64,000 nt of DNA, from contig JASGJN010000020.1 in NCBI GenBank assembly GCA_049840735.1, positions 860,720 through 924,719 of the forward strand, written 5' to 3'. Numbering within the stretch: position 1 is the first letter of the stretch; every line of letters starts with the position of its first letter. This DNA comes from Anaeromyxobacter sp. (GTDB taxonomy: Bacteria > Myxococcota > Myxococcia > Myxococcales > Anaeromyxobacteraceae). The notes beneath the pieces were generated by a model. The model was given only the letters and a program-made list of their open reading frames with translations. It was not told where the DNA came from and made no database searches. The translations under genes were made by a program, and so were the position numbers. Shown one piece after another: positions 11,481 through 21,784 of the stretch.

Positions 11481-12710
11481 CTACCCTCTCCGCAGCACCA
11501 GCGTCTTGAGGTACCGCCCCTCGGGGAACTGCAGCGACACCGGGTGGTCGGGCGGCTGGCGGGTCTCGCGCACCAGCGCGAGGTCCACCCGCGCCTTGAA
11601 GGCCGCCTCCTTCACCGCGTCGGAGAAGGCCTCGGCCGAGACGCGGGCCGAGCAGCTGCAGGTGACCAGCAGGCCGCCCGGGGCCAGCACCGCCAGCGCG
11701 GCGCGGTTGAGCGAGGCGTAGCCGGCCAGCGCGCCCTCCACCGCCTTCTGCGACTTGGCGAAGGCGGGCGGGTCGCAGACCACCAGGTCGAAGCGGCGCC
11801 CCTCCTTCTTGTAGCGGGCCAGGAGGTCGAAGCAGTCCTCGGTGGCGAAGGCGTGGTCGGCCGCGTCCAGGCCGTTGGCGCGGAAGTTCTCGCGCGCCAG
11901 CGCGATGGCGTCGCGGTCCACGTCCACCGAGACCACGTGCTTCGCGCCGCCCAGCGCGGCCGCCACCGAGAAGCCGCCGGTGAAGGAGAAGAGGTTGAGC
12001 GCCTCGGGGCGCCCCGCCGCCAGCTGGCGCACCAGGGCGCGGTTCTCGCGCTGATCGAGGAAGTGGCCGGTCTTCTGCCCCCGGCGCACGTCCACCAGCA
12101 CCACCATCCCGCCCTCGTCGATGGCGATCCGCTCCGGCGGCTCGGCGCCCCACAGCACCCGGCCGGCCGGCGCGCCGCCCTCCTCCTCGTCGTCGTCGCG
12201 GGGGATCTCGTCGCGGCCGAAGACGCCGGCCAGCCCCTCCACCTCGGCCCGCAGCGCCTCCACGATGGCGGCGCGGTGCGGGGTGAGCCCCGCCGAGTAG
12301 AGCTTCAGCACCGCGAACCGGTCGTAGCGGTCCACGATCACGCCCGGCAGCCCGTCGGCCTCGCCGTGCACCAGCCGGTAGCCGGTGGTGCCCTGCACCA
12401 GCTCGCGCCGCAGCTGGACGGCGCGCGCCACCCGGCGCCGCCAGAAGGCCGCGTCGATCACCTCGGCCGGCTCGCGGGTGAGGATGCGGACCGAGATGGC
12501 CGAGTGCGGGTCGAAGTAGCCGCGGGCCACGAAGCGCCCGTCGTCCGTCACGTCCACGATGGCGCCGGCCGGCAGCCGCCCCGGCGCGCGATCCACCGCC
12601 CGCCGGAAGACCCAGGGGTGGCCGGCCTTCAGGTGCCGGGCCAGGTCCTTGCGGAGCGGGAGGGCCGCCTCCACCCCCGCCGCCACCGGGTTCCGCCGCA
12701 CGTCGCTCAT
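11481..12710 (-). CDS. rlmI: RlmI-like class I SAM-dependent rRNA methyltransferase
   Basis: GHPWVF, GEADGLPG, GQKTGHFLDQRENR, LNLFSFTGGFS and DPPAFAKS motifs. Confidence 0.85.
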   Translation of the reverse strand: MSDVRRNPVAAGVEAALPLRKDLARHLKAGHPWVFRRAVDRAPGRLPAGAIVDVTDDGRFVARGYFDPHSAISVRILTREPAEVIDAAFWRRRVARAVQLRRELVQGTTGYRLVHGEADGLPGVIVDRYDRFAVLKLYSAGLTPHRAAIVEALRAEVEGLAGVFGRDEIPRDDDEEEGGAPAGRVLWGAEPPERIAIDEGGMVVLVDVRRGQKTGHFLDQRENRALVRQLAAGRPEALNLFSFTGGFSVAAALGGAKHVVSVDVDRDAIALARENFRANGLDAADHAFATEDCFDLLARYKKEGRRFDLVVCDPPAFAKSQKAVEGALAGYASLNRAALAVLAPGGLLVTCSCSARVSAEAFSDAVKEAAFKARVDLALVRETRQPPDHPVSLQFPEGRYLKTLVLRRG

Positions 12711-14032
12711 CGCCGCTCCTGCCTGCGCCCCGGGGCGGCCGGGCTGCGCCGCTCGGTCCGGGATCTCGAGAAGTTGCCCACCACCAGCCCGGGCCGCGCC
12801 GCGCGCAGCGCCCGCACCAGCGCCGGGATGCCCAGCGCCGGGCCCGCGCCGCCCTTGCCGCGCGCCAGGGCCAGGTACACGTCGGGGTCGATGGCCAGCG
12901 GGCGGGTCTGCACCTGGTCCACCTGCGCGCCCGCCACCAGCGCGCAGAGCCGGCGCACCTCGCCTTCACGGTCGGTCACGCCGGGGAAGGTGAGCAGGTT
13001 GAGCGCCACGTAGGCGCCCCTGCGCCGGGCCAGCTTGGCGGAGCGGATCACGTCCGGCAGCGCGTAGCCGGTGGGCCGGTAGTAGGCCGCGTAGAGGTCG
13101 GGCGAGGCGCTGTTGAGGGAGATGCGGACCGAGTCCAGGCCAGCGTCGAGCAGCTCGCCCAGCGCCTCGGTGAGCGAGCCGTTGGTGTTGGCGTGGATGG
13201 AGCCGCGGCGGGTCCGGGCGCGGACGAGCCGGATGGCCTTCACGATCTCCTTCCAGCGCGTCAGCGGCTCGCCCTCGCACCCCTGGCCGAAGCTGACCAT
13301 CACGCGGCCGGTGGCCGTCTCGAGGTGGCGGACGGCCAGGTCGGCCATCTCCTCGGCGGTGGGCGGGCGGGTGATGCGCTCGTGGGAGGAGGGGGGCATG
13401 CCCTCCTCCGACTCGGACAGGCAGCCGACGCAGGCGGCGTTGCAGGAGGCGGAGGACGGGATGGCCCCCTCGTCGCGGCCGTAGAAGGTGTTCTGGGCGG
13501 TGAAGCAGCGCCACTCCAGCGCGCAGCGCGAGAGCTGGCGGTAGATGGGGTTGCCGGTGGACACCAGCGCCGCCACCCGGCCCGGCAGGTCGGGGGTGTT
13601 GTGGCAGGAGGGGTCCCAGTGGCCGCGCCGGTCGGTGCGCAGCGCCCAGACCACCGGGCCCTGCTCGCCCCAGCCGGCCGCCGTGTAGGCCCACTGCGGC
13701 AGGACCGGCGTCTCGGCCACCGCGGCGAGCGGCGGGCGGGCGGCCGCCGGCAGGAGCGTCCGCGTGAAGCCCGGCGGGAGGGTCGCGCCCACGGCGTGCG
13801 GCACCACGCGCCTGCGCCCGAGCTTCACCTCCCGCAGCACCACCTGCTCCCCGGTGGCCGGGTCCACGCCCACCGGCCGCCGCCCCGGCAGGAGGCACAG
13901 GGTGGCGCCCTCCGGGAGCGGCAGCGGGCGGCCGCGCGCCAGCGAGATCTCGTCGCCGCTGCGGGCGGCGGCGAGGAGCTCGGGGTGGTCGTACACCGTC
14001 CCGCGATCGTCGGCGAAGAGGAGCCTGGGCAT
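12707..14032 (-). CDS. Radical SAM protein of unknown function
   Basis: CNAACVGC (CxxxCxxC), SFGQGCEGEP and NTNGS motifs; 4-bp overlap with the rlmI-like gene. Confidence 0.88.
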   Translation of the reverse strand: MPRLLFADDRGTVYDHPELLAAARSGDEISLARGRPLPLPEGATLCLLPGRRPVGVDPATGEQVVLREVKLGRRRVVPHAVGATLPPGFTRTLLPAAARPPLAAVAETPVLPQWAYTAAGWGEQGPVVWALRTDRRGHWDPSCHNTPDLPGRVAALVSTGNPIYRQLSRCALEWRCFTAQNTFYGRDEGAIPSSASCNAACVGCLSESEEGMPPSSHERITRPPTAEEMADLAVRHLETATGRVMVSFGQGCEGEPLTRWKEIVKAIRLVRARTRRGSIHANTNGSLTEALGELLDAGLDSVRISLNSASPDLYAAYYRPTGYALPDVIRSAKLARRRGAYVALNLLTFPGVTDREGEVRRLCALVAGAQVDQVQTRPLAIDPDVYLALARGKGGAGPALGIPALVRALRAARPGLVVGNFSRSRTERRSPAAPGRRQERR

Positions 14033-14338
14033 GGTGGCCCGCCCGGGCGCCGGAGCGCAGCCCAGGGGGACCGGGTTCTTACCACGCCCGCGCCTGCCCG
14101 CCACCCGGGCTTCGCGCCCCAAGCTCCGCCCCGTAGGCGGGTGCAGCCCCGCGCGGCGATCTGCTAGAATCCCGTGTAGTTACCGTACGCTTGGTGGCAG
14201 CCACTCCGGGGGGGCCGGGGGGCGCCCGCCCGGCGGGAATCGGACCGGGCCCGAGACCGTTCTACCCTCAGCCGGGGAGCACGGCGCGGAGGCCTGCGGT
14301 AGAAGTAGCTTGAGCAGGAAGGAAGCCAGACGTCCCTC

Positions 14339-14977
14339 ATGTTCGACCTCCGCCACAACGACCTGACCCGCGACGAGTTCCAGGAGCTCGCGCTCAAGCA
14401 CATCGACCCGCTCTACTCGGCGGCCCTGCGGCTCACCAAGAACGACCGCGACGCCGAGGACCTGGTCCAGGACACGTTCCTGCGGGCCTACCGCTTCTTC
14501 GACAAGTTCGAGCGCGGCACCAACATCAAGGCCTGGCTGTTCAAGATTCTCACCAACACGTTCATCAACCGGTACCGCCGCTCGGTGAAGGAGCGGAACA
14601 TCGTCGAGGGCACCGAGCGCGACGCCGTGCACGAGCGGTTCGTCTCCCGCGACGCCGCCGAGTACGCCGCCAACCCGGAGCAGTACTTCTTCGACCGGCT
14701 CCTCTCCGACGACGTCCTCAAGGCGGTGGACTCCCTCCCAGTGGACTTCCGGATGGTGGTGATCCTGGCCGACCTGCAGGAGTTCTCGTACAAGGAGATC
14801 GCCGAGATCCTGGACGTGCCGGTCGGCACGGTGATGAGCAGGCTCTACCGTGGCCGCCGGCTGCTGCAGAAGGCGCTGGCCAGCTACGCCGTGGTGGCGG
14901 GCGTCCTGCAGGACCCAGGTGACGGCGAGAGCATCGACCTGGAGGCCTACCGCCGCCGCCGCGGCAAGTCGGCCTGA
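14339..14977 (+). CDS. ECF sigma-70 factor
   Basis: [17 protein letters not shown] and [24 protein letters not shown] motifs. Confidence 0.95.
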   Translation: MFDLRHNDLTRDEFQELALKHIDPLYSAALRLTKNDRDAEDLVQDTFLRAYRFFDKFERGTNIKAWLFKILTNTFINRYRRSVKERNIVEGTERDAVHERFVSRDAAEYAANPEQYFFDRLLSDDVLKAVDSLPVDFRMVVILADLQEFSYKEIAEILDVPVGTVMSRLYRGRRLLQKALASYAVVAGVLQDPGDGESIDLEAYRRRRGKSA

Positions 14978-15002
14978 GCCGTCCCGTCCCCGGAACCCCG
15001 CG

Positions 15003-15794
15003 ATGCCGATCGACACGCTCACCGCCGCCATGGACTGCAGCGAGCTCGAGCGATCGATCGACGCCTACCTCGACGGCGAGTTCGACGCGCGCGAGCGCGC
15101 CGAGGCCGACGCCCACCTGACCGGCTGCGCGCGCTGCCGGGGGACGGTCGAGGCCCAGGGCCAGGTCCGGACCGCGCTCCGCGCGCGGCTGCGCGAGGCC
15201 ACCTCCACCCCCGCCCCCGCCGCCCTGAAGGAGCGGCTGGGCCGGTCGCTGGCGCGCGAGCGCCGCCCGCTCTGGCGCCGCGCGCTGGGGCCGCTGCCGC
15301 TGGCCACCGTGGCCGCCTGCGCCGCAGGTGCGCTGGTGGTGCTGGCCACCCACACCGGCGACGACGCCCTCCTGGAGGACGCCATCCGCTACCACCACCG
15401 GGCCCTGCCGCTCGAGGTGGACGCGGCCGCCATGCCCGGCTGGTTCGCCGGCAAGCTCGACTTCCGCCCCGCCCCGCCGCACTTCACCATGGCCAACGTC
15501 CAGGTGGAGGGCGCGCGCCTGTCCAACCTGCGCGAGTGGCCGGCTGCCTACATCCGCTACCGCCTGCCCCGCGGCCAGGCCGGCCTCTTCATCATCGACG
15601 ACCCGGGCCGGCGCTTCGACGCGCCGGGGCGCGAGGTGAAGGTGGGACAGGACGTGGTCCGGGTGGCCAGCTCGCGCGGCTACAACGTGGCCGTGTGGCG
15701 GCACGACGAGATCGTCTACTCCCTCGTCTCCGACCTGGACGAGAACGCGCTCTTCCAGCTGGTCCAGACCGCCCAGGTCGACAGCGGACGATAG
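15003..15794 (+). CDS. Zinc-binding (ZAS/zf-HC2) transmembrane anti-sigma factor
   Basis: AYLDGE...AHLTGCARC (HxxxCxxC) and one TM segment; directly after the ECF sigma; start could be 15030. Confidence 0.88.
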   Translation: MPIDTLTAAMDCSELERSIDAYLDGEFDARERAEADAHLTGCARCRGTVEAQGQVRTALRARLREATSTPAPAALKERLGRSLARERRPLWRRALGPLPLATVAACAAGALVVLATHTGDDALLEDAIRYHHRALPLEVDAAAMPGWFAGKLDFRPAPPHFTMANVQVEGARLSNLREWPAAYIRYRLPRGQAGLFIIDDPGRRFDAPGREVKVGQDVVRVASSRGYNVAVWRHDEIVYSLVSDLDENALFQLVQTAQVDSGR

Positions 15795-15923
15795 CGCGTC
15801 CCCGCGCCGCGGCACCTTCGCGCTTTTGACACCCCGGCCGGCCCGCGGGTAACATTTTGCCCTGCTATTTCCGGGTCGTGCGCCGCCTGCGCTGCGCCGC
15901 CCGCGCTCCACCCCAGGCCTCCG

Positions 15924-17810
15924 ATGCCCAAGAAGATCCTGCTCATCGAGAACGACTCCGCCTTCGCCGCCCAGATCTCGGAGTCGCTCGAGTCGAGCGG
16001 CTTCGACGTGCGCGTGGCGCCGGAGGGCAAGGGCGGCCTGGATCTCGCGCGCGAGTGGGGCCCGGACGCGGTGGTGCTCTGCGTCGAGCTCCCGGGGATG
16101 AGCGGATACCTGGTCTGCCAGAAGCTGCGCAAGGAGGAGGCGACGCGCGCGCTCCCGCTCATCCTCACCAGCGCCGAGGCCACGCCGGACACCTTCGAGA
16201 AGCACCGGGCCCTCAAGGTCCGCGCCGACGAGTACCTCTTCAAGCCCTACGTCCCCGGCGACCTGCTGGCGAAGCTGGCCGCCATCGGCCTGCCGGCCGA
16301 GGCGCCCGCGGAGGCGCTCGAGGAGGAGCCGGCCGGCGACGCCGAGGAGCTGGTGAGCCTCGAGGAGGAGATGGGGCTGGAGGCGCTGGCGCAGGAGCCG
16401 GAGGGCGAGCTGCCCCCGTTCGACCTGCAGTCGCTCCCCGACGAGCCCGGCCCCGCCGCCTCGGCCTCGCCCGGGCTGGACGACCTCTCGCTCCTGGACG
16501 AGGCCTTCGACGGGCTCGCCCCGTCCCGCCCCGCCGATCCGGGCGAGGCCCTCGAGCTGGAGCTGGGCGGCGGCCCCGCCGGCGACGAGGCCCCGGCCGC
16601 CGGCGGCGACGAGCCCTTCTCGTTGGGTGAAGACGGCCCGCTCGGCGACGAGAACCCGCTGGGCGACCTGACCACCGACGCCGACGCGGCGCTCGGCGCG
16701 CTGGGCATGGACTCCGGCGCCGACGAGGGCCCTGGCCTCGAGCTGGACCCCGAGCCGGAGCAGCCGATCCGCGGCGCCAGCGCCGGCGCGCTCCGCGCCG
16801 CCGGCATCCACCTGCTGGACGATCCCGCCCCTGCGCCGGCGCCCATCCGCGCCGCCCCGACGCCGCCTCCGCCCGCGCCGGAGTCCACCGAGCGAATCAC
16901 CATCCCCGGCCTGCGCCGGCCGGTGCTCGACCTGCCCACCCCCGCCGCGCGCGCCGAGCGCGCCGAGGCGCCCGAGCCGCGCGCCTCCGCCGCCTCCTCC
17001 GCCGCCGTCGAGCGGCTGGAGCGCGAGCTGGCCGACGCCCGCCACGCCGCGGAGGACGCCCGCGCGGCGGCCGCCGCCCGCGACACCGAGCTGCGCCAGC
17101 TGCGCCAGCGCGCCGACGACTCCGCCCGCCGCGCCGACGAGGCCGAGGCGGCGCTCTCGGAGCGCGACGCCGACCTGGCCTCGCTGCGCGCCAAGCTGGA
17201 GACCATCACCGGCCAGGCCCGCAAGGCCGAGACCGAGCTCAAGACCGTCCGCGAGGAGGCCCGCCGCTCCGCCGACGAGGCCTACCAGGCCCGCGGCCGG
17301 GTGGAGGAGATCGAGCGCCGCGCGGCCCAGGCCGATCAGCGCGTCCAGGCCGCCGAGCGGCGCGCCGAGGCGGCCGAGCGGCGCGCGGACGAGGCGCAGC
17401 ACCAGGCGGCCGAGTCCACCGAGCGGATCGAGGCGGCCGAGGCCGAGGTGGTCCGCCGCCAGCAGGAGGTGGACGGCGTGCTGCAGCGGCTGGAGGCCAC
17501 CGAGCGGGAGCTGGACGGCCTCCGCACCGACCTGGTGGTCGCGCGCGGCGAGGTGGAGGGGGCGCGGAGCGAGGTGGAGAAGCGGACCGCCGAGCTGCGC
17601 AAGCGGATCTCCGAGCTGGAGGCCGCCGGCGCCAAGAACGAGGAGCGCGTCCTCAAGGCGTACCAGAAGATCAAGGGCGACGAGAAGGTGAAGGACAAGG
17701 TCCGCAAGGCCATCGCCATCGCGGCGCAGCTGCTCGAGGAGGGCCTGCCGCCCGAGGCGCCCGCCGAGAAGCCGCGGTCCGGCGCGGCCGTGCTGCTGGA
17801 GCGCGAGTAG
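15924..17810 (+). CDS. frzS: FrzS-like protein: pseudo-receiver, acidic/Pro linker and coiled coil
   Basis: N-terminal REC lacking the phospho-Asp (VVLCVEL; GYLVCQKL; HRALKVRADEY) resembles my recollection of Myxococcus FrzS; long coiled coil. Confidence 0.6.
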   Translation: MPKKILLIENDSAFAAQISESLESSGFDVRVAPEGKGGLDLAREWGPDAVVLCVELPGMSGYLVCQKLRKEEATRALPLILTSAEATPDTFEKHRALKVRADEYLFKPYVPGDLLAKLAAIGLPAEAPAEALEEEPAGDAEELVSLEEEMGLEALAQEPEGELPPFDLQSLPDEPGPAASASPGLDDLSLLDEAFDGLAPSRPADPGEALELELGGGPAGDEAPAAGGDEPFSLGEDGPLGDENPLGDLTTDADAALGALGMDSGADEGPGLELDPEPEQPIRGASAGALRAAGIHLLDDPAPAPAPIRAAPTPPPPAPESTERITIPGLRRPVLDLPTPAARAERAEAPEPRASAASSAAVERLERELADARHAAEDARAAAAARDTELRQLRQRADDSARRADEAEAALSERDADLASLRAKLETITGQARKAETELKTVREEARRSADEAYQARGRVEEIERRAAQADQRVQAAERRAEAAERRADEAQHQAAESTERIEAAEAEVVRRQQEVDGVLQRLEATERELDGLRTDLVVARGEVEGARSEVEKRTAELRKRISELEAAGAKNEERVLKAYQKIKGDEKVKDKVRKAIAIAAQLLEEGLPPEAPAEKPRSGAAVLLERE

Positions 17811-17841
17811 CGCGGCGCTCACTCCGAGGCCAATCACCCCA

Positions 17842-17868
17842 CGGGCCAGCCCACGCAGGGCTGGCCCG
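17842..17868. terminator. GC-rich hairpin, probable terminator between convergent genes
   Basis: CGGGCCAGCCC-ACGCA-GGGCTGGCCCG, a perfect 11-bp stem. Confidence 0.55.
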
Positions 17869-17966
17869 CTGCATTTCCTGGCCCCGCCTCGCCGCCCATT
17901 GAAATCGGGCCGCGCCCGGAGGGGTCGGCGGCCCGTTTCACCAGCCAGGATCGGAGGACGGCGACC

Positions 17967-18266
17967 TTACCCCGCAGCCTCGCCGTGGTACTCGGCCGAG
18001 GTGTCGAGGCCGAGGTAGCGGAACAGCCGCTCCTGGTGGCGCCCCAGCCCGACCAGCTGGATGGCGCGCCTGGCGACCAGCCGCGGCGCGACGACCGCGA
18101 CCCCCACGTCGAGCAGCTGGCGGACCCGGGTGAAGTCGATCACCAGCGGCGTCGCCTCCGGAAGCTCGCCGAGCCAGGCGGAGAGTCGCGCCGCCGCAGG
18201 GGCATCGAACGTTCCGTCGATGCGCACCACCGTCTCGCCCCGGGCACCGCGCGTCACATCCATCAT
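17967..18266 (-). CDS. STAS-domain (anti-anti-sigma-like) protein
   Basis: VVRIDGTFD, LVIDFTRV and LFRYLGLD pattern; GGAGG RBS. Confidence 0.7.
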   Translation of the reverse strand: MMDVTRGARGETVVRIDGTFDAPAAARLSAWLGELPEATPLVIDFTRVRQLLDVGVAVVAPRLVARRAIQLVGLGRHQERLFRYLGLDTSAEYHGEAAG

Positions 18267-18460
18267 GATTTTTCACCTCCGCGCGAGAAGTCCATGGTGC
18301 CTTCGCTCGGAGTCGCAGTCAACCTGCTTCCCCCACTGGGAGCGAAAAACACTCGCAGTACGGCTGTGCGCGCTCACAGCGGCGAGAGCCCTGAGCCGCA
18401 GCGAAAGCGCCACGCGGTTGCCCCAGGGCCGTCACCCACCACCACGGAGGTATGGGGTCC

Positions 18461-18823
18461 TCAGTGCGTCTCGGGGACCGGCGCCGACTCGTCGCGGTCG
18501 CCCTCCGCGCGCGCTCCGGCGGCGCGGAGCGCGCCGACGGCGGCCCCGATGGCCAGCAGATTGGCGGGAGAGAGCGCCGTCCGGGCCGCAGCCTTCACGA
18601 ACGGCCTGAGCACCGGCCAGAGCCCTCCGCCCAGGACGAACCCGGCGGCCGCGGCCACGCCGAGCACCACCATGGGCGTCTCTTGCATCCGGCGCTCCAG
18701 CTCCAGCCGCTCGGCCAGCCGCTCGACGCCCTCCCTGGCCTCGCCCGCCAGCTCGCGGAGCGCCTGGCTCAGGTCGCCGAAGTCCGCCTCTTCCACGGCT
18801 CCTCCCCCCACCCTGTCGTTCAT
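18461..18823 (-). CDS. Small membrane-anchored hypothetical protein (ElaB/YqjD-like)
   Basis: Helical N-terminus then PMVVLGVAAAAGFVLGG; GGGAGG RBS. Confidence 0.6.
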   Translation of the reverse strand: MNDRVGGGAVEEADFGDLSQALRELAGEAREGVERLAERLELERRMQETPMVVLGVAAAAGFVLGGGLWPVLRPFVKAAARTALSPANLLAIGAAVGALRAAGARAEGDRDESAPVPETH

Positions 18824-18837
18824 GGCAAGCGCCTCCC

Positions 18838-19059
18838 TCACGCCCTGGAGAGCAGCCGGCCGAGCACGAAGCCCAGCCCCACGGCCATCCCCACGGCAGC
18901 CAGCGGCCGCTCCCGGGCGAAGCTGCGGACGAATTCCCCGGCGTCCTCCGCGTAGCCTCGCATCCCCTCCAGCCGCTGCTGGGCGTCGGACGCCAGCTCC
19001 TCTGCCTTGCGCCGCACCCCTTGCGCCGCCTCCTCCACGCTCCTGCCGCCGTCTTCCAT
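18838..19059 (-). CDS. DUF883/ElaB/YqjD family tail-anchored protein
   Basis: C-terminal RERPLAAVGMAVGLGFVLGRLL signature. Confidence 0.75.
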   Translation of the reverse strand: MEDGGRSVEEAAQGVRRKAEELASDAQQRLEGMRGYAEDAGEFVRSFARERPLAAVGMAVGLGFVLGRLLSRA

Positions 19060-19346
19060 GGTCTCTCCGCCGGCGGGCGCCGCGCCCACCTCTCGCGGCA
19101 AGGTAGGCTGCGCGCCACGGTGTGGCCAAAGCCCCGGGCAGGCGCGGCCCCGCACGCCCGCTCTGGTGACTGTGCGAGGAGGCTCGCTGGGCGGGGTGGG
19201 TCACCCGCGAGTCCGCTCGGACTCACGGTCCCATCCGGCTCGACCCACGGGTCGATCCCGAGAAATCCCCGACAAATCAACGTTGATTGCGGGACGCGGG
19301 ACGACCGGGCGGCTTGGCACGCAGGGTGGATATGGCCCTGGCGCGG

Positions 19347-21110
19347 ATGACTACGCCTTCGGACCTCCCGGCAGCACTCGACGCGTCGCGTGAGCGGCTC
19401 GGCCTGGCTGCGCGAGCGCTGGAGGCCTTCCTGACCGGCTCCGAGGACGTCTTCCTCGACGTGGGGCGGCGGCTGGGCGGGCTGGGCGACAGCGCCCGCC
19501 AGCTGGTGTCTGCGTCCACCGCCGACGGCGAGGCCGCACCCGATGGCGGGGAGAGCCCGGTCGATCAGCTCCAGCGGGCCTTCGACCGCCTGGAGCTCCA
19601 CGTCGGCGCCACCCGCGACGCGGCGGCGGCCGGCCTGGAGGGGCTGGTGAAGCTGCTGGCACGCGCCGAGGAGATCACCAGCGCCCGCGACGAGCTCGAG
19701 AACGTGCCGCGGACCCTGCGGGTGCTGGGGATGAACCTCCGCATCGAGACGGCCCGGGTGCTGAACGGCAGCGCCGGGCTCGACTCGGTCGCGTCCGAGG
19801 TTCGCCGACTGGCCGACCTGGTCGAGCCGAAGTTCAGGGCGGTCGTCGAGCAGGCGGGAACGCTCCACGCCACCGCGGCCTCGGCCCGGGAGGCCTCGCA
19901 GGCCATCCTGGCCAGGCAGTCGGGCTGGTCGCGGGACCTGCTCCAGGACACCCGGGCCGCGCTGGGCTCGCTGCGGGAGCACGCCCTGGCCCAGGGCGCG
20001 CTGACCGCCCAGGCTGGGAACGCCGCGATCCAGATCAAGCGCGACGTGGACCAGGTGCTGGTCTCCCTGCTGGCCCACGACGCGACGCGCCAGGTGATCG
20101 AGCACGTCATCGAGGAGCTGGCCGCCTTCGAGGCCGACGTCGAGGCCGCGTCGCCCGGGCTGGACGCAGAGGCGTGGCTGGGCGAGGCCGGCGCGCTGGC
20201 CCGGCTGCTGGCGGCGCAGCTGACCGGCGGGCGGGAGCGGCTGGTGGCCGCGTTCCGGGGCATCGACGCCCACCTCGGCGCCCTGGCGCGCCGGGTGGAC
20301 GAGCTGGGCGGCGAGGCGGGGCGGCTGGCCGGGCTGGGCGGCGACGGCTCCAGCCTGGAGCGGGTGCACGCCGCGGTCGGGCAGGCCTCCGCGGCGCTGC
20401 GCCAGCACGCGGCCCACGGCGCCGAGATGGCGGCGGCGCAGCAGCGGGTGACCGCGACGGTCCGCGCCACGGTGGCCCACGTCCGCGACCTGGAGCAGAT
20501 CGCCGGCGCCATCAAGATCATCGCCCTCAACGCGCTGGTGGAGACCGAGCGCTCCGGCGACAGCGGGCGGGTGCTGGCCGTGCTGGCCCGCAGCATCGGC
20601 GGCCTGGCCACCGACGTGGTTCGGCGCACCGGCGAGGTGTCCCGCACGCTGCAGGCCATCGGGCAGCTCGCGGAGGGGCTGGGGGCCGGCGGCGCCGCCG
20701 AGGGCGAGGCGGCCACGCTCACCGGCGCGCTGGAGTCGCTCGCGGCCCGCCTGGGCGACGGGCAGGCGGCGCTGCGCGCCGGCGCCGAGGCGGTGCACCG
20801 CGGCAGCGCGGTCCTGCAGCGGGAGGTGGCCGCGATCGCGGACCGGCTCCGCGAGCAGGCCGAGGCCGCCCAGCGGCTGACGCGGCTGGAGCAGGGCCTG
20901 ACCCGCCTGGCCGAGGCGGCCGAGCGGCTCGCCTCGCCCGAGGCCGCGACGCGCCTGGAGGGGCGCCGCGCGGCCGCCCTCGGGCGCTACACGATGAACG
21001 CCGAGCGCGACATCCATCACCGCCTCTCCGGCCGGTCGCCGCTGCCGGCCGCCGCGGCCTCCGCCTCCGGCGGCGGCAGCGGCCTGGGCGACAACGTGGA
21101 GCTCTTCTGA
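19347..21110 (+). CDS. Soluble divergent MCP-like chemotaxis protein
   Basis: No TM; two degenerate MCP hairpin-tip motifs (LGMNLRIETAR...VASEVRRLA and IIALNALVE); ends GDNVELF; start could be 19332. Confidence 0.7.
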   Translation: MTTPSDLPAALDASRERLGLAARALEAFLTGSEDVFLDVGRRLGGLGDSARQLVSASTADGEAAPDGGESPVDQLQRAFDRLELHVGATRDAAAAGLEGLVKLLARAEEITSARDELENVPRTLRVLGMNLRIETARVLNGSAGLDSVASEVRRLADLVEPKFRAVVEQAGTLHATAASAREASQAILARQSGWSRDLLQDTRAALGSLREHALAQGALTAQAGNAAIQIKRDVDQVLVSLLAHDATRQVIEHVIEELAAFEADVEAASPGLDAEAWLGEAGALARLLAAQLTGGRERLVAAFRGIDAHLGALARRVDELGGEAGRLAGLGGDGSSLERVHAAVGQASAALRQHAAHGAEMAAAQQRVTATVRATVAHVRDLEQIAGAIKIIALNALVETERSGDSGRVLAVLARSIGGLATDVVRRTGEVSRTLQAIGQLAEGLGAGGAAEGEAATLTGALESLAARLGDGQAALRAGAEAVHRGSAVLQREVAAIADRLREQAEAAQRLTRLEQGLTRLAEAAERLASPEAATRLEGRRAAALGRYTMNAERDIHHRLSGRSPLPAAAASASGGGSGLGDNVELF

Positions 21111-21118
21111 GGCCCCCC

Positions 21119-21409
21119 ATGCCCATCGTCCTGCCCACCGCGCTGACCGTGCTCACCGCCGCCGACGTGAAGGCGCTGCTGCTCCCGGCCCTGGCGGCCG
21201 GCGGCCCGCTGGAGCTGGACGGGCGCGCCGTGGCGGAGGTGGACGCGGCGGGGCTGCAGCTGCTGGTGGCCGCGGGGCGGAGCGCGCGGGCAGGCGGCGG
21301 CGCGGCCCGGTTCGTGCCCGGCGGCCACAGCCACGCGCTGCGCGAGGCGCTGGCGGCGGGTGGGCTGGGCGCCGGCGAGGACGGCTGGCTGGTCGAGGAG
21401 GACGGGTGA
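21119..21409 (+). CDS. STAS-domain protein of the chemosensory operon
   Basis: LELDGRAVAEVDAAGLQLL motif. Confidence 0.8.
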   Translation: MPIVLPTALTVLTAADVKALLLPALAAGGPLELDGRAVAEVDAAGLQLLVAAGRSARAGGGAARFVPGGHSHALREALAAGGLGAGEDGWLVEEDG

Positions 21410-21777
21410 TGGCGAAGCGCGTGCTGGTGGTGGACGACTCGGCGAGCGTGCGCCAGGTCTCGGCGATGGTCCTGGCCGGCGCCGGCTACGAGGTGCTGGA
21501 GGCGTCGGACGGGAATGACGCGCTGCGCGCGCTGACCGCCGGCCGCGTGAACCTGATCCTCACCGACCTCAACATGCCCCACCTGGACGGCATCGGCCTG
21601 ATCCGCGCCGTGCGGGCCGACGCCACCCACCGCCTCACGCCGATGGTGATGGTCACCACCGAGTCCCAGGCCGAGCGCAAGGCCGAGGGGAAGGCCGCGG
21701 GCGCCACCGGGTGGGTGGTGAAGCCGTTCACGCCGGACCAGCTGCTGGCGGTGGTCCGGAAGGTGCTGGGGGCCTGA
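21406..21777 (+). CDS. cheY: CheY response regulator
   Basis: Single REC domain (VDDS, TDLNMP, VTTES, GWVVKPF). Confidence 0.93.
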   Translation: MMAKRVLVVDDSASVRQVSAMVLAGAGYEVLEASDGNDALRALTAGRVNLILTDLNMPHLDGIGLIRAVRADATHRLTPMVMVTTESQAERKAEGKAAGATGWVVKPFTPDQLLAVVRKVLGA

Positions 21778-21784
21778 GGCAGCC

